A stretch of 64,000 nucleotides of DNA from an uncultured Gemmatimonadaceae bacterium. Its GTDB lineage: Bacteria > Gemmatimonadota > Gemmatimonadetes > Gemmatimonadales > Gemmatimonadaceae. Location of the stretch: positions 180,241-244,240 of the forward strand of contig CAWAGQ010000002.1 of the NCBI GenBank assembly GCA_963781585.1. The letters are read 5' to 3'. Below the pieces are notes generated by a model. It ran no database searches. It worked only from the letters and a program-made list of their open reading frames with translations, and was not told where the DNA came from. The position numbers were made by a program, and so were the translations under genes. This document shows positions 1 through 10,502 of this stretch, in pieces; position 1 is the first letter of the stretch, and the number at the start of each line of letters is the position of its first letter.

Positions 1-2
1 CG

Positions 3-500
3 AGGCTGGAGCCGGCGCCCGACACCATTCCCGAGCGCCTCGAGACCGGCACTCAGAATCATGAAGGGATCGTCGGCACGGGCGCCGCGATCGAGTTTCT
101 CGCGGCCATGTCGCCTGGGGCCACGCGACGCGAACGGCTGCGTTCCACCATGGGCACTCTGCACGCTCGCGGAACCGAACTGGCGGTCGCCATGTGGGAC
201 GGTCTGTGCCGAATCAGGGGTGTGCGGTGCTACGGCCCGCCTCCGACTCGCCCGCGCACGCCGACCCTCGCGTTCGTCGTGGCCGGCATGTCGTCGGAGT
301 TGGTGGCGGAGCGGCTGGCGCAAGCCGGTATCTTCGTCTCCCACGGTGACTTCTACGCCACGACGGTCATCGAGCGGCTGGGGCACTCCGCCGACGGGGT
401 GGTTCGGGCGGGAGCGGCCTGCTACACGACGCCCGATGAAGTCAGCCGGCTTGTCGAGGCCGTGGCGGAAGTCGCAACGGCGGCCCGTCGTGGCACGTAG
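3..500 (+). CDS. Cysteine desulfurase-like aminotransferase class V, C-terminal part (5' end outside window)
   Basis: Frame reads RLEPAPDTIPERLETGTQNHEGIVG...RTPTLAF...GIFVSHGDFYA...VRAGAACYTTPDEV, typical of this family's C-terminus. Confidence 0.8.
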   Translation, partial: RLEPAPDTIPERLETGTQNHEGIVGTGAAIEFLAAMSPGATRRERLRSTMGTLHARGTELAVAMWDGLCRIRGVRCYGPPPTRPRTPTLAFVVAGMSSELVAERLAQAGIFVSHGDFYATTVIERLGHSADGVVRAGAACYTTPDEVSRLVEAVAEVATAARRGT

Positions 501-545
501 GGGGGCACACGGTCGAGACACGCGCGGCCCGTATATTTGCGGGCG

Positions 546-1723
546 ATGATCACGGTCCGGCGTGTGTTGGTTCCGCTCGCGATGGCTGGGCTGGCGTCGT
601 GCCGCCCGGGCACGGGCGCACGCGCGCCCGCGGCGAATCTGCTCGTGGTCGCCGGCGACTCGACGTTCTGGATCGCCAATGAAACGGGTGCGTTCGACGT
701 CCGCCGATCGCCGATCCTGCTGGCACACTACGGCGGTCGCTTCTACGAATCTACGTCACCGACGACGACCGGTCATTCTACGACGCGGTCATCGTCGGGC
801 AGCGCATCTATCGACGCGATCTGATCAGCGGCGATTCGGTCGCGGTGTTCGAGGATCCGACCCTCGCCGAACTCGCGGCGTCATACGCATCGGCCCATCC
901 GGGCCAGCGGCCGCTGGCGCCGGACGAAGACGGCGCGGACGATCCGATGATGAGCTCCACGACCGAAACGGACATCGTGGACGTACTCGGCCCATTCGTG
1001 ACCTTCGAGCAGCGCGCGGACATGGACCTGCCGGACGGCCGCGAGTTGCTCCACACGTCGCGCTCGGTGGTCGATCTGCGCTCGTCGCGGGTCATCGCCC
1101 TGGGCGACCTGGTCACGGACAGCGTTCGTCGCCGTCTTCTGCGCGATGAGCAGCGCGCAATCACCGCGACGTTCGATTCCGTGCGGAGGTCGAGCGATCT
1201 GCGAGCACGCGTGGCGGCCAGGATGCTGCGCGGCTTCATCGAGGATGACTCCAGCTTCTCGCTCGTTGTGGTCGACACCGGACCGGCGGTGGCGTTCCTG
1301 GTTCCCGGGCAGGGCGAGCGCGCCGGCGGCTACGCGCTCCCGTTGCCACCGATGCGCATCCCGGCCGGAGCGTGGTGGAACGAGGTGCGCGGCACGCTGC
1401 CGCTGCACCGGGGGCCCACCGAGGATGCGTGGGCCGGGCCCGGGTACGACGTGGTGGCGCGGTACGACTCCGCCGCAGACGCTGCGTTGCTCGTCCTGCG
1501 CGATGTCCGGGGGAGGGAGTTCTTCGCCACTCCTCTCCCGGCTCCGGTGACGCGGGTGTACCGACTGGACAGTCTGGCGCGCGATACGGTGGCGATCAAC
1601 GCCCTCCGGCGTGCGTTCGACGAAGCCTCGGCCGGCGCCAGCGACACCAGCAAGGCCATCACGACGGTCCCACCCATGGGGATGCCACCCGTCTCCAACT
1701 GGACGCGGCGGCGCCCGCCCTGA
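546..1723 (+). CDS. Hypothetical lipoprotein, frameshifted near 750
   Basis: Lipobox LASC; coding sense passes from ...GGRFYE into YVTDDDRSFYDAVIVGQRIYRRDLISGDSVAVFED of the 845..1723 frame. Confidence 0.6.
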
Positions 1724-1786
1724 CGCGCCAGCGCTCCTCGAATCGCCGTGCGCCCCTCGCCGGTCTCCCCATCAGCCCCAGGCAAC

Positions 1787-2305
1787 GTGCCAGATCAGTC
1801 TTCTCGTCCCACGCGAACGGTCAAGCAGTCGCAGCACGAGACCTCCGAGATCATGATGCCCCAGCACGCCAACAATCTCGGGCACGTCTTCGGCGGCGTT
1901 GTGCTGGCCATGATGGATCGCGCCGCCGCGGTGGCCGCGATCCGACATTGTCGCACCACGTGCGTGACGGCGTCGATCGATCGGGTGGATTTCCGTGAGC
2001 CGATCCACGTGGGTGATCTGGTGGTGATGCGTGCCAGCGTGAACTACGTGGGACGGACGTCCATGGAGGTGGGGGTGCGGGTGGAGGCCGAGGACCTGTT
2101 CTCGGGCCGCCGGCGCCACACCAATTCGTGCTATCTGACCTTCGTGGCAGTCGACGCCAGCGGCCGGCCGGTGGAGGCCCCGGGGCTGGTTGCGGAATCG
2201 GAGGATGAGATCCGCCGCTATCACGCCGCTTCGGCGCGGCGACGGCGCCGGCTCGAGGAACGGGAAGCGGAAGAGCGAACGCTGAGGGGTGGCGCCGGTG
2301 GGTAG
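1787..2305 (+). CDS. Acyl-CoA thioesterase (hotdog fold, YciA-like)
   Basis: [49 protein letters not shown]. Confidence 0.9.
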   Translation: MPDQSSRPTRTVKQSQHETSEIMMPQHANNLGHVFGGVVLAMMDRAAAVAAIRHCRTTCVTASIDRVDFREPIHVGDLVVMRASVNYVGRTSMEVGVRVEAEDLFSGRRRHTNSCYLTFVAVDASGRPVEAPGLVAESEDEIRRYHAASARRRRRLEEREAEERTLRGGAGG

Positions 2306-2351
2306 GATTCCGGGCTTGACCGAGGCGGGCGCTGCACGACAGCCTTCTCCA

Positions 2352-2759
2352 ATGACGCAGCGATTCACCGTGGACCAGGCCAATCGCATGCTGCCACTGG
2401 TGAGGCGCATCGTCCGCGACCTGGTGGATGGCTTCGCGACCTGGCAGGCCAGGGTGCGCGAGTTCGAGGTGGCCACGGCGCAGAGCCGCGCCGACCGGCC
2501 GTCCGCGCGGGCCGAGGAGCTCCAACGCGACACCCAGCGGCTGGCGCAGGAGATTCAGGGATTCGTGTCGGAGCTGCGCGGACTTGGCGTCGAACCCAAG
2601 GGATTCGACATCGGGCTGGTCGACTTTCCCAGCGAGGTGGGCGGACGCACCGTGTATCTGTGCTGGAAGCTGGGTGAAGAGTCGGTGCAATACTGGCACG
2701 AAGTGGACGCCGGTTATTCCGGCCGGCAGCCGCTGGAGTCGATCCTGCAGAACTCCTGA
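2352..2759 (+). CDS. DUF2203 family protein
   Basis: [13 protein letters not shown]...[11 protein letters not shown]...VYLCWKLGE...[13 protein letters not shown]. Confidence 0.85.
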   Translation: MTQRFTVDQANRMLPLVRRIVRDLVDGFATWQARVREFEVATAQSRADRPSARAEELQRDTQRLAQEIQGFVSELRGLGVEPKGFDIGLVDFPSEVGGRTVYLCWKLGEESVQYWHEVDAGYSGRQPLESILQNS

Positions 2760-2782
2760 TCGTTCATCGCCATCAACTCGTT

Positions 2783-3061
2783 ATGCGCGCCTTTCAGGGA
2801 CCGGACGGCACAATGTGGGGGGTGGACGTCAAGGTGCCGAGTTTCAGCAGCGCGATGGTGGTGTTCCGGCCGCCCGATGGAGAAACCGCCCGCGGGGACC
2901 GGTATGCGTGGTACAACGCGCACACGCCGGAGGCGCACGATCCGCGGGCGCGGCTCAAGCCGAAGGCGGTGCTCGAGTCGCTCACCGACATGCAGATCGC
3001 CCTGCTTTTCCGGCGGTCGATGCCGATCAACGAGGACCGGCCGAGCTACGTGGTGACGTAG
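2783..3061 (+). CDS. Hypothetical protein
   Basis: 92-aa ORF with normal composition, co-oriented with upstream genes. Confidence 0.65.
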   Translation: MRAFQGPDGTMWGVDVKVPSFSSAMVVFRPPDGETARGDRYAWYNAHTPEAHDPRARLKPKAVLESLTDMQIALLFRRSMPINEDRPSYVVT

Positions 3062-3064
3062 GTC

Positions 3065-4024
3065 TCAGCGTGGCGCGACGGCGCCGGTCGGCGCCGGCGC
3101 GGGTTCGTCCTGGAACGCCACGTCGATCTCCAGGCCATCGCGCGCCACGAGGGTGTTGGGAAAGACCTCGCGCGCCTCCCGTTCCAGGTCGCTCACGTCG
3201 CGGGTGTAGCGTGCCGACACGTGGGTGAGCACCAGGCGCTTCACGCCGGCGCGCGCGGCCACCTCGGCTGCTTCGCGGGCCGTGGAGTGTCCGGTCTCGA
3301 CGGCGCGCTCATGTTCCTCGTCGCCAAAGGTCGCTTCGTGGACGAGGAGATCGGCGTCCCGCGCCATCTCGATCGTGGAGGCCGTGGGCCGCGTGTCGCC
3401 GGTGAGTACGACCCGGCGCCCGTAACGGCGTGGGCCCACCAGGACGCCCGGGTCGATCACGCGGCCGTCGTCGAGGGTGATCGACTCGCCCCGGTGGATC
3501 CGTCCCCAGAGCGGCCCCTCGGGGATACCGAGTTCCCGGGCGAGGTCGGGATTGAAACGCCCCCGGCGCTCGGCCTCCACCAGGGAGTAGCCCAGGGAGG
3601 GAGGCCCGCGGTGGTCCAACTCATGGGCAATGATCACATACTCCTTTCGGGGAATTTCGTCAGCAGGGTTCAGTTCCCTAACATCGAGTGGGAACGCGAG
3701 CCGATCTGCACCGAACAACTCCGCCCGTCGGAGAATGCGTGCGGCGCCTCGCGGACCCCAGGCCCGCAGGGGTTGGGTGCGTCCCTGGAGCGACATGGTT
3801 CGCAGCAAGCCCACGATTCCGAGAAAGTGGTCCGTGTGGAAGTGGGTGAAGAAGACGTCGTCGAGGTTGAAGGTGATCCCGAAGCGCATCATCTGTCGCT
3901 GGGTGCCCTCGCCGCAGTCGAAGAGAAATGTCTCACCTTCGCGCACGAGGGCGACCGAGGCGACGTTGCGTTCCACGGTGGGGCGTGAAGCGGACGTGCC
4001 GAGGAAGCGGAGGGTGAGCGACAT
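3065..4024 (-). CDS. rnz: Ribonuclease Z
   Basis: FLGTSASRPT, LFDCGEGTQRQ, THFHTDH, PEGPLWG exosite, GDTRP, HEATF, HSTAREAA, LTHVSARY. Confidence 0.95.
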   Translation of the reverse strand: MSLTLRFLGTSASRPTVERNVASVALVREGETFLFDCGEGTQRQMMRFGITFNLDDVFFTHFHTDHFLGIVGLLRTMSLQGRTQPLRAWGPRGAARILRRAELFGADRLAFPLDVRELNPADEIPRKEYVIIAHELDHRGPPSLGYSLVEAERRGRFNPDLARELGIPEGPLWGRIHRGESITLDDGRVIDPGVLVGPRRYGRRVVLTGDTRPTASTIEMARDADLLVHEATFGDEEHERAVETGHSTAREAAEVAARAGVKRLVLTHVSARYTRDVSDLEREAREVFPNTLVARDGLEIDVAFQDEPAPAPTGAVAPR

Positions 4025-4242
4025 GGGGCGGAATATAGCGGCACCGGATGGGAGGCCGGGTCGTTACCGAACGTGATCGCTTTCGAGCGTCAGGTGTGAT
4101 CCATCTCGCAGACGTTATGACCGGTGCGGGTGAAGTTGCGGGGCAAGCACTCATCAGGCTGTTCGATCCACGTGCGCAATTCGGCGCACGGCACGAAGCG
4201 GGCGGCGACGTGTTCACCGTATCCATGGCTGTGGGAGGGCTT

Positions 4243-4629
4243 ATGAACGGAAAGAGCAGGCGAGGATTCGCGTCGATGGATCCATCGCGTCAGCGTGCCA
4301 TCGCCAGCAGAGGGGGCAAGGCAGCGCATGAGAAGGGAACCGCGCATGAGTGGTCGTCGGACGAGGCGCGGAACGCGGGGCGGAAGGGAGGTGAGGTGGT
4401 GAGCCGGGACCGCGTACACATGGCCGCTATCGGCCGTGAAGGCGGCGAGGCGCGGGGCCGTTCCCGTGCCCGGCAGCTCATCGCTGCCAGCAGCAATCTC
4501 GATCGGATCGGCCGGTATGCCGATCGCGAGACGCCGGTTGCAACGAGTCGCGAAATGGGCCCGGCCTCGTCGGAACGGGAGCGCCAGGTTCCTCGGAGTG
4601 AGCCTATCCGCTATGACCTGGAGCGGTAG
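4243..4629 (+). CDS. KGG-repeat stress-induced protein
   Basis: GGAGG SD; GFASMDPSRQRAIASRGGKAAHEKGTAHEWSSDEARNAGRKGG. Confidence 0.85.
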   Translation: MNGKSRRGFASMDPSRQRAIASRGGKAAHEKGTAHEWSSDEARNAGRKGGEVVSRDRVHMAAIGREGGEARGRSRARQLIAASSNLDRIGRYADRETPVATSREMGPASSERERQVPRSEPIRYDLER

Positions 4630-4864
4630 GTAGCCGGAGAAGTCGGTTCACCGGGCGGTGTCTCGAGCGCGCCATCCCCTGCAGTCGGGGAGCGTTCGGG
4701 ACATCGCCACAGTACGCCCCGTGCTGTTCATGGCCGCCTGTGTCGATGGCGATGCGTCAGGCGCCAGCCGATCGTGACAGGTCCGTATCCAACGTGTTGG
4801 CCCGTCGTGATGTTGCGGCGCGAACCTCAAGTCGTCCTGCAATTCGAAGTGGACGCAGTCCGGG

Positions 4865-4892
4865 TTGACTTCTGGGCCCTGGCGAATAGGTT
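4865..4892 (+). promoter_or_regulatory. Candidate sigma70 promoter for tRNA-Ala
   Basis: TTGACT-16 nt-TAGGTT about 90 nt upstream of the tRNA. Confidence 0.5.
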
Positions 4893-4982
4893 ACGGGCCA
4901 GTGCCGGCCCCGCCCCGAGCGGGGCCGAGTCGTTCACCCGGAGTGCGACCGGAGGAACAAAGTGGCGCGCTCCCGGTACGTG

Positions 4983-5055
4983 GGGGCTGTAGCTCAGCTG
5001 GGAGAGCGCTGCAATCGCACTGCAGAGGTCAGGGGTTCGACTCCCCTCAGCTCCA
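4983..5055 (+). tRNA. tRNA-Ala (anticodon CGC)
   Basis: Cloverleaf GGGGCTG/CAGCTCC with G3:U70, anticodon arm CTGCA-ATCGCAC-TGCAG, TTCGA T-loop; CCA not encoded. Confidence 0.95.
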
Positions 5056-5203
5056 TACTTAGAGCAGGTCAAAGGCCAGAAGTCAAAGGCCAGAGGTCAT
5101 AGGGCATTCAGGACTGCCTCAGGGTGTTAGCCCGCCGCCGACCGGTAGGACGTAGAGTTCCAATGGCGGCGTGCGTGGCGAACCCTGGGGAACTGCAGGA
5201 GAG

Positions 5204-5240
5204 GCGCTGCTGATCGGGTGATCGGCGGCGTTTTTTGTTT
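5204..5240 (+). terminator. Intrinsic terminator
   Basis: GCGCTGCTGATC-GGGT-GATCGGCGGCGT followed by a T tract. Confidence 0.7.
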
Positions 5241-5245
5241 GTGCC

Positions 5246-6532
5246 CTATTGCCGCCCCACATCCGCCCGTAGCGCCGCGAAGAGCCGCGCCAGGTAGCTG
5301 TTCTCCTCCGCTTCCACGCGCCCGCTGAAGTCACTGAACGCCGACGCGCCCAGGCGACCGATCCAGCGCATGATTGCGCTCTCGTTCACGACCAGGTGGA
5401 GCGCGCGGAAGCTGAGGGTCTGCGGCGGGATGTCGTCGCGGACGCCCAGCCGGAGCTCGATGCCGCGGCCCTGGAACGGGCGGCGGAGCGGCGAGTGAAT
5501 GAGCTTGTCCACGGCCAGCGGGAAGTGCCACGCCGGTTCGCGTCGGAACCGGAACATCCACGCGCGCAGGTGCTCGCCGCGCTCGATGGTGAAGTCGGCC
5601 ACGAGGTCGGTGTAGCCGATGCGGTAGAAGCTGTGCTTGAGCGAGATGTCGCTCTCGAGGAGGAGTGAATCGGGCAGCGGGCGGGCGGGATCATCGAGGG
5701 CGACGAGGGTCCCGGCGCGGGCGCGGAGCCGGACGACGGCGTGGCCGTTGCGGCCAGTCAGGTCGAAGTAGCGCGCCCCTGCGTGATCGGTGACGGTGAA
5801 CCGGTAGACGGTCGGGACGGCGTATTTGTCGAGGTACGCGGCGAAGGCCGGGAGGGAGGTGCGGATACTGTCGGGACGGATCGCGATGCCTAACGTGAGC
5901 GCGGTGGAGCCGTCGGTGGCCACGACGGTGCGCAGCGAGTCGATGGCGAAGAGGCGTGACAGGTAGCGCGCGGTACTGGGGAATGCGGCCACGGCGCCAG
6001 CCCGCGCCTGGTCACTGGACATGCCCGCGGCGCCGGTGAAGGTGGCGGCGATGGCCGCCGCGATGGCGCCGGCGGTCGCGTGGCCGATGGCATGATCGAT
6101 CGTGGTGTTCCACTCGTAATCGTTGTGCCCCAGCGATCGAAGCTGGAGGAAGTGCCGCTGCTCACCGAGCTCCGATGGGTAGGGGGCGTTGGTGCCATTG
6201 GAGAACCGGTACCGGCCATTGTCGCGCGTGCCACGCAGGTACATCGCGCGCGAGCTGTCGGCGGTGGAGACGATCGGCCAGATGGCGGTGTCGGAGTAGA
6301 GGTGCGAGGGGATGAGCGCCTCGCGCGCCATCTCGATTCGGGCGCTATCGAAATGCGGTTCGCGCTCGGCGTCGGTGAAGCGGTACTGAAATGCGGCGAA
6401 TGTGTCGCCCGCGTTCGTGCGCGCGGACTCGGGGGTCGAGCCGAACGCGTCGATGGTGGCGCGGCAGGCGGATGAGGCCGCGACTGCGGCGAGGAAGGCG
6501 AGGTGGAGAGAAAGGGCGGGCCTGCGGCGCAA
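5246..6532 (-). CDS. Hypothetical lipoprotein (start uncertain)
   Basis: Long ORF with hydrophobic N-terminus LSLHLAFLAAVAASSAC; TTG start chosen because the longer ORF overlaps tRNA-Gln. Confidence 0.65.
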   Translation of the reverse strand: MRRRPALSLHLAFLAAVAASSACRATIDAFGSTPESARTNAGDTFAAFQYRFTDAEREPHFDSARIEMAREALIPSHLYSDTAIWPIVSTADSSRAMYLRGTRDNGRYRFSNGTNAPYPSELGEQRHFLQLRSLGHNDYEWNTTIDHAIGHATAGAIAAAIAATFTGAAGMSSDQARAGAVAAFPSTARYLSRLFAIDSLRTVVATDGSTALTLGIAIRPDSIRTSLPAFAAYLDKYAVPTVYRFTVTDHAGARYFDLTGRNGHAVVRLRARAGTLVALDDPARPLPDSLLLESDISLKHSFYRIGYTDLVADFTIERGEHLRAWMFRFRREPAWHFPLAVDKLIHSPLRRPFQGRGIELRLGVRDDIPPQTLSFRALHLVVNESAIMRWIGRLGASAFSDFSGRVEAEENSYLARLFAALRADVGRQ

Positions 6533-6651
6533 AGTGCCGGGGAATAGAGGGTTAGGCCGGGTCTCGAGGGGTTGCCGGGGTAGTCCGGAGGCGGGTATCT
6601 TAGCAACCCGGCCGATGCGGATGATAGTTTGTCGGGCGGCAGGGAAGTCAT

Positions 6652-6724
6652 TGCCCCTTGGTGTAACTGGCAACACGCCTGACTCTGGATCAGGAGAGTC
6701 CTGGTTCGATCCCAGGAGGGGCAA
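6652..6724 (+). tRNA. tRNA-Gln (anticodon CTG)
   Basis: TGCCCCT/AGGGGCA acceptor, CCTGA-CTCTGGA-TCAGG anticodon arm, TTCGATC T-loop. Confidence 0.95.
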
Positions 6725-6729
6725 TATCG

Positions 6730-6756
6730 AGCGGCGGGTCCAAGAGACCCGCCGCT
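6730..6756. terminator. Hairpin after tRNA-Gln, probable terminator
   Basis: AGCGGCGGGTC-CAAGA-GACCCGCCGCT between convergent units. Confidence 0.55.
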
Positions 6757-6824
6757 TCCGCTCCTGCCCCTTGGGCTCGGAGGCTCGCTGGCGCTGCGCC
6801 ACGACCCAGGAGGGGCAATAGATC

Positions 6825-7280
6825 TCATTCACCCAATGTCGGAAGCTCCTTGCGGCCGGCGGCCTCTCTCGCGCGCTGGCGGGCATCCGCGGCGTCAAAA
6901 GTACGCCAGAGATTGTACACCCAGAACATGGCGCCAAGCGCGAACAGGGATCCGCCCGCCACCGTGACCCATCGCCCGGAGGTTGCACTGGTTGGCGACA
7001 TCAGAAACCCGACCGCGAGACCGGCCAATCCGACATTGGCGCAGAACAGGTGTGCGATCGCGAGGGGCGCACTGTGCAGCGGATGCCCGAACAGCCTGGG
7101 GAGCAGCTGATAGCCGACGCCGAACACCAGCATGGTGAGAAACCCCACCACGTTCATGTGCGCGTGGGCGGCCCGGTAGATGATCCATTGCGGATGCACG
7201 GCCATCGCCACCCCCAGCACGATCCCGGCCGCGAACCACAGCAGCGAAGATCGGATAAACGCCTTGATGAACCATTCCAT
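6825..7280 (-). CDS. Small four-TM membrane protein (heme-copper oxidase subunit I-like)
   Basis: AHAHMNVVGFLTMLVFGVGYQLLPRLFG motif and four hydrophobic segments. Confidence 0.65.
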   Translation of the reverse strand: MEWFIKAFIRSSLLWFAAGIVLGVAMAVHPQWIIYRAAHAHMNVVGFLTMLVFGVGYQLLPRLFGHPLHSAPLAIAHLFCANVGLAGLAVGFLMSPTSATSGRWVTVAGGSLFALGAMFWVYNLWRTFDAADARQRAREAAGRKELPTLGE

Positions 7281-7542
7281 CCATGTGGACCCGGCTCAGG
7301 GTACGGGGGCGAGTCAGCGTACGGTCCTGAATCGCACTGCCTAACGGCCAGCAGCGAGCGACGGCGCGTCACCCCGGCGCGTCCGGCAGGCGCGTGGCCG
7401 CGACCCGGCTCGCATCAGGGAGTGACAGCACGGTCGCCGACGCGATGCCTGTAGAGTACTGGCCGGCCCGGTTCCGAGGGAGCGCCAGGAAAGATGATAC
7501 CGCCTTCATCCCGGGCACGCGAAACGGCGCGCCCGACTTCCA

Positions 7543-8232
7543 CTAGACCACCGCGCCAAACAGGCGCCCGATCAACGCGGTGCATCCCATCGCCAGTGCG
7601 CCCCACAGCGCGACGCGTAGCGCGCCTTTGACCGGCGGCGCGCCACCCATTCTCGCGGCGGCGGCGCCGAGCACGACGAGAAGGGCCAGTGAGCTGCCTG
7701 TGATGCCGCGGCTCAGCCATTCCCGCGGCAGAATGGCGGCCAGCAGCGCGGGCGGCGCGGCGCCAACCGCGAATGCCGCTGCAGACGCCAAGGCCGCCTG
7801 GACCGGCCGCGCGCGCGTTCGCTCGTGCATGCCGAGTTCGTCGCGCAGGTGAGCGCCCAGCGCATCGTGCGCCATGAGTTCGTCCGCCACCTGCCGGGCC
7901 AGTTCCGGCCTCAGGCCACGGTCCACGTAGATCCCCGCGAGCTCCGCGCGCTCCTTGGCTGGCGAAGCCTCCAGCTCGCGTTGCTCGCGCGCACGATCGG
8001 CTCGCTCGGTGTCAGATTGTGAACTCACGGAGACATACTCGCCCGCAGCCATCGAAAGGGCCCCAGCCACCAAGCCGGCCATTGCCGTGATCAGTATGGC
8101 GGAACGCCCGCTCACTGCCGCGGCCACGCCCACGACGAGGCTGCTTGTGGAGATCAGCCCGTCGTTGGCTCCGAGCACCGCCGCTCGGAGCCAGCCGATG
8201 TTGTCCGTGCGGTGGGACTCCGCTTGAGGCAT
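7543..8232 (-). CDS. VIT1/CCC1 family Fe/Mn transporter
   Basis: WLRAAVLGANDGLIS, GALSMAAGEYVSVSSQ. Confidence 0.92.
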   Translation of the reverse strand: MPQAESHRTDNIGWLRAAVLGANDGLISTSSLVVGVAAAVSGRSAILITAMAGLVAGALSMAAGEYVSVSSQSDTERADRAREQRELEASPAKERAELAGIYVDRGLRPELARQVADELMAHDALGAHLRDELGMHERTRARPVQAALASAAAFAVGAAPPALLAAILPREWLSRGITGSSLALLVVLGAAAARMGGAPPVKGALRVALWGALAMGCTALIGRLFGAVV

Positions 8233-8353
8233 TCAGTGCACCCAGGTTCGTTTCCGGCAGGCGGATATACTGTCATTCGGCGTCGCGCTCAAGGGGCGAG
8301 GTCCACGCTGCAGCAGCACCCTTGACTCGGACGCCTCGCGGCTATTGCCAGCC

Positions 8354-9136
8354 TCAGCGAATCAGTACGCGCGCGCCCACCGGGACGTGCTCAAAGAGCC
8401 AGACGAGATCGTCCTCGCCCAGGCGAATGCAGCCGTGCGTGCTTGCCCGCCCGATGCTCATTTCGTTCGACGTGCCGTGAATCATGTACCCCTCGCCGAG
8501 ATCGAGCGCGAAGCGTCCGAGGTCTCCGGCGATCTGGCGATTCACCGTCCCCATCGGCGGGATGAACAGCGTGCCATCGAAGACGATGTGTTCATCCACG
8601 GGGAGCTCCGCGAAGTCCTGGCCCGGGAAAACGATCCCGACCGCGTTGCGTCGTATCACGAGCCGAGCGCCGCCGCGCAGGGTCGTTCCGCGTGCGCCGA
8701 GCCGGGCGAGCCGCAGTCCATGGTTCCGTGCCGTCTCGGCGTAGTGCCAGTCAGGAGGCGTCCACACGGGGTCAGTAACCTTCCGCAACACCCGCCGCTC
8801 GCCACGCGGCGTGCGGAACTCCCACCGGTGTCCGGCATAGACGAATGCAAATCCACTGGCCACTCCGACCGGCGCTCGGAAAACGGTATCCTCCCCCTGG
8901 AGCACCGACAACGTCCGGTCGGCCAGTGAAACGATCAGCCGCATCGACGCCGCGCTGCTGGTGTCGCGGAGGCGCAATCTCCCACCGAGGCGAGGATTCA
9001 GGGTGTGCGAATCGACGGGAACGGCCGTGGCCGGCAGGCGCTCCGGCTGCTGCGCCCGCACGCCGGCGGGACGCGCCAACAGGCCGGAGACCAGTACGCC
9101 GGCCACGACCAGGATGCCAGGACGAATCATCGGCAT
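8354..9136 (-). CDS. L,D-transpeptidase (YkuD)
   Basis: Signal peptide; TPRG, PVWTPP, IHGT...SIGRASTHGCIRL. Confidence 0.9.
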   Translation of the reverse strand: MPMIRPGILVVAGVLVSGLLARPAGVRAQQPERLPATAVPVDSHTLNPRLGGRLRLRDTSSAASMRLIVSLADRTLSVLQGEDTVFRAPVGVASGFAFVYAGHRWEFRTPRGERRVLRKVTDPVWTPPDWHYAETARNHGLRLARLGARGTTLRGGARLVIRRNAVGIVFPGQDFAELPVDEHIVFDGTLFIPPMGTVNRQIAGDLGRFALDLGEGYMIHGTSNEMSIGRASTHGCIRLGEDDLVWLFEHVPVGARVLIR

Positions 9137-9557
9137 TCGCCGCCCGGAACATCAGCGTCTTCGCCGCGCGCCCCTGACTTCCTCGTGATCGGGCCCCCAA
9201 CGCGACGAAGACGATCTGATGCCTAACGTGAATGAGCAACTGCTACCGCAGCGTGATGCCCGCGATCAATGGAACCCAACGAAGATCGCGGCTGCCGTTC
9301 GACGCGTCCACCAGGCTCTTCTCGGCGAACACGTTCGTGACCGCCGAAACGCGCTCCCCTTCCGATTCTCATCCGGGCCTGATCAGTGAGCTGGACGAGG
9401 TCTTCGGCTGGCGGGCCGCCACGCGGGCGGCGCATGCGCCGCGACACCGCATTCGACTAGCTTGCACATCGTGGTCGAGCGACGCCGCCGGCCGCACGAT
9501 CCGGGTGCCAGGCACCGGACCGTGACGGTGGCGACCAGCATTCAACCGGAGCCTGCA

Positions 9558-10496
9558 ATGACCGGTACCGTCCGCATCCTCGTGCTCCTCGGCATTGTCG
9601 TCGGATTCGCTGGTCCACTTCCACTGCGCGCGCAGACACCGTACCCCACGCGGTGCGGGGCGGGAATTCCGCGCAGCGAGCAGTCGGGCTACGTCCCGCT
9701 TCCTCGAGGCGACGTCTTCTGTCCGCTCGTCGCCGATCCCAAGGCATCGACCTCGTTCGCGAGCTATCTGCACGAACACTCCGATGCGACCACGCCCGAC
9801 ACCTCGATCAACATCGCGTCGGTGGGCATCGGCGATTCGTTCGGACTCGGCCGCTGGAACGGCGCCCATCCCGGCGACGGCGTGCAGATTGCGCTGTCGG
9901 GCAGCGTCTTCGCGCAGTTCGACCTCAAGAGCGCATCGTACGACCTGCTCAACGCCGATTACGTGATCGGGATTCCGGTGACGATCCGGCGCGGCTGGTT
10001 TTCGACGCGCATTCGCGTCTATCACCAGAGCTCGCATCTTGGCGACGAATACCTCCTGCGCGAACCGGCAGATCGACAGGATCGGGTGAATCTCTCCTTC
10101 GAGTCGCTGGAATGGATCCTGTCGGCTGATGCCGCGGCGCTGCGGCTGTACGGTGGAGGCGAGTACCTGTTCCGCCGGTTCCCCAAGGATCTGGAATCCT
10201 ACGTGGCCCACGGCGGCGCGGAACTGCGGCCGCAATTCCGCATCATCCCGCTCGGCTCGTTAGGCGGATTCCGCCTGGTGGCGGCCACCGACCTCAAGGC
10301 GTCGCAGGAACACGACTGGAAACCGAGCGTGAGCGCGCGGGCGGGGCTGGAGTACGATCGCGCCGGCCGCGTCGATGCGCCGGGGCGGCGGTGGGGCCTG
10401 TTCTTCGAGTACTACAGAGGCCCGTCGCCGTACGGGCAGTTCTACCGCACCGACGTCCGGCACATGGGGTTGGGGATCCACTTCGGACCGACGTGA
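9558..10496 (+). CDS. DUF1207 family outer-membrane protein
   Basis: PLVADP, DLLNADY, YHQSSHLGDEY, EYYRGPSPYGQF. Confidence 0.8.
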   Translation: MTGTVRILVLLGIVVGFAGPLPLRAQTPYPTRCGAGIPRSEQSGYVPLPRGDVFCPLVADPKASTSFASYLHEHSDATTPDTSINIASVGIGDSFGLGRWNGAHPGDGVQIALSGSVFAQFDLKSASYDLLNADYVIGIPVTIRRGWFSTRIRVYHQSSHLGDEYLLREPADRQDRVNLSFESLEWILSADAAALRLYGGGEYLFRRFPKDLESYVAHGGAELRPQFRIIPLGSLGGFRLVAATDLKASQEHDWKPSVSARAGLEYDRAGRVDAPGRRWGLFFEYYRGPSPYGQFYRTDVRHMGLGIHFGPT

Positions 10497-10502
10497 GCAG
10501 GG

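Noticed and set aside
7339..9227. GCCTAAC motifs at 7339 and 9221 as possible attC inverse cores
   Set aside because: No matching GTTRRRY with paired arms at attC distance
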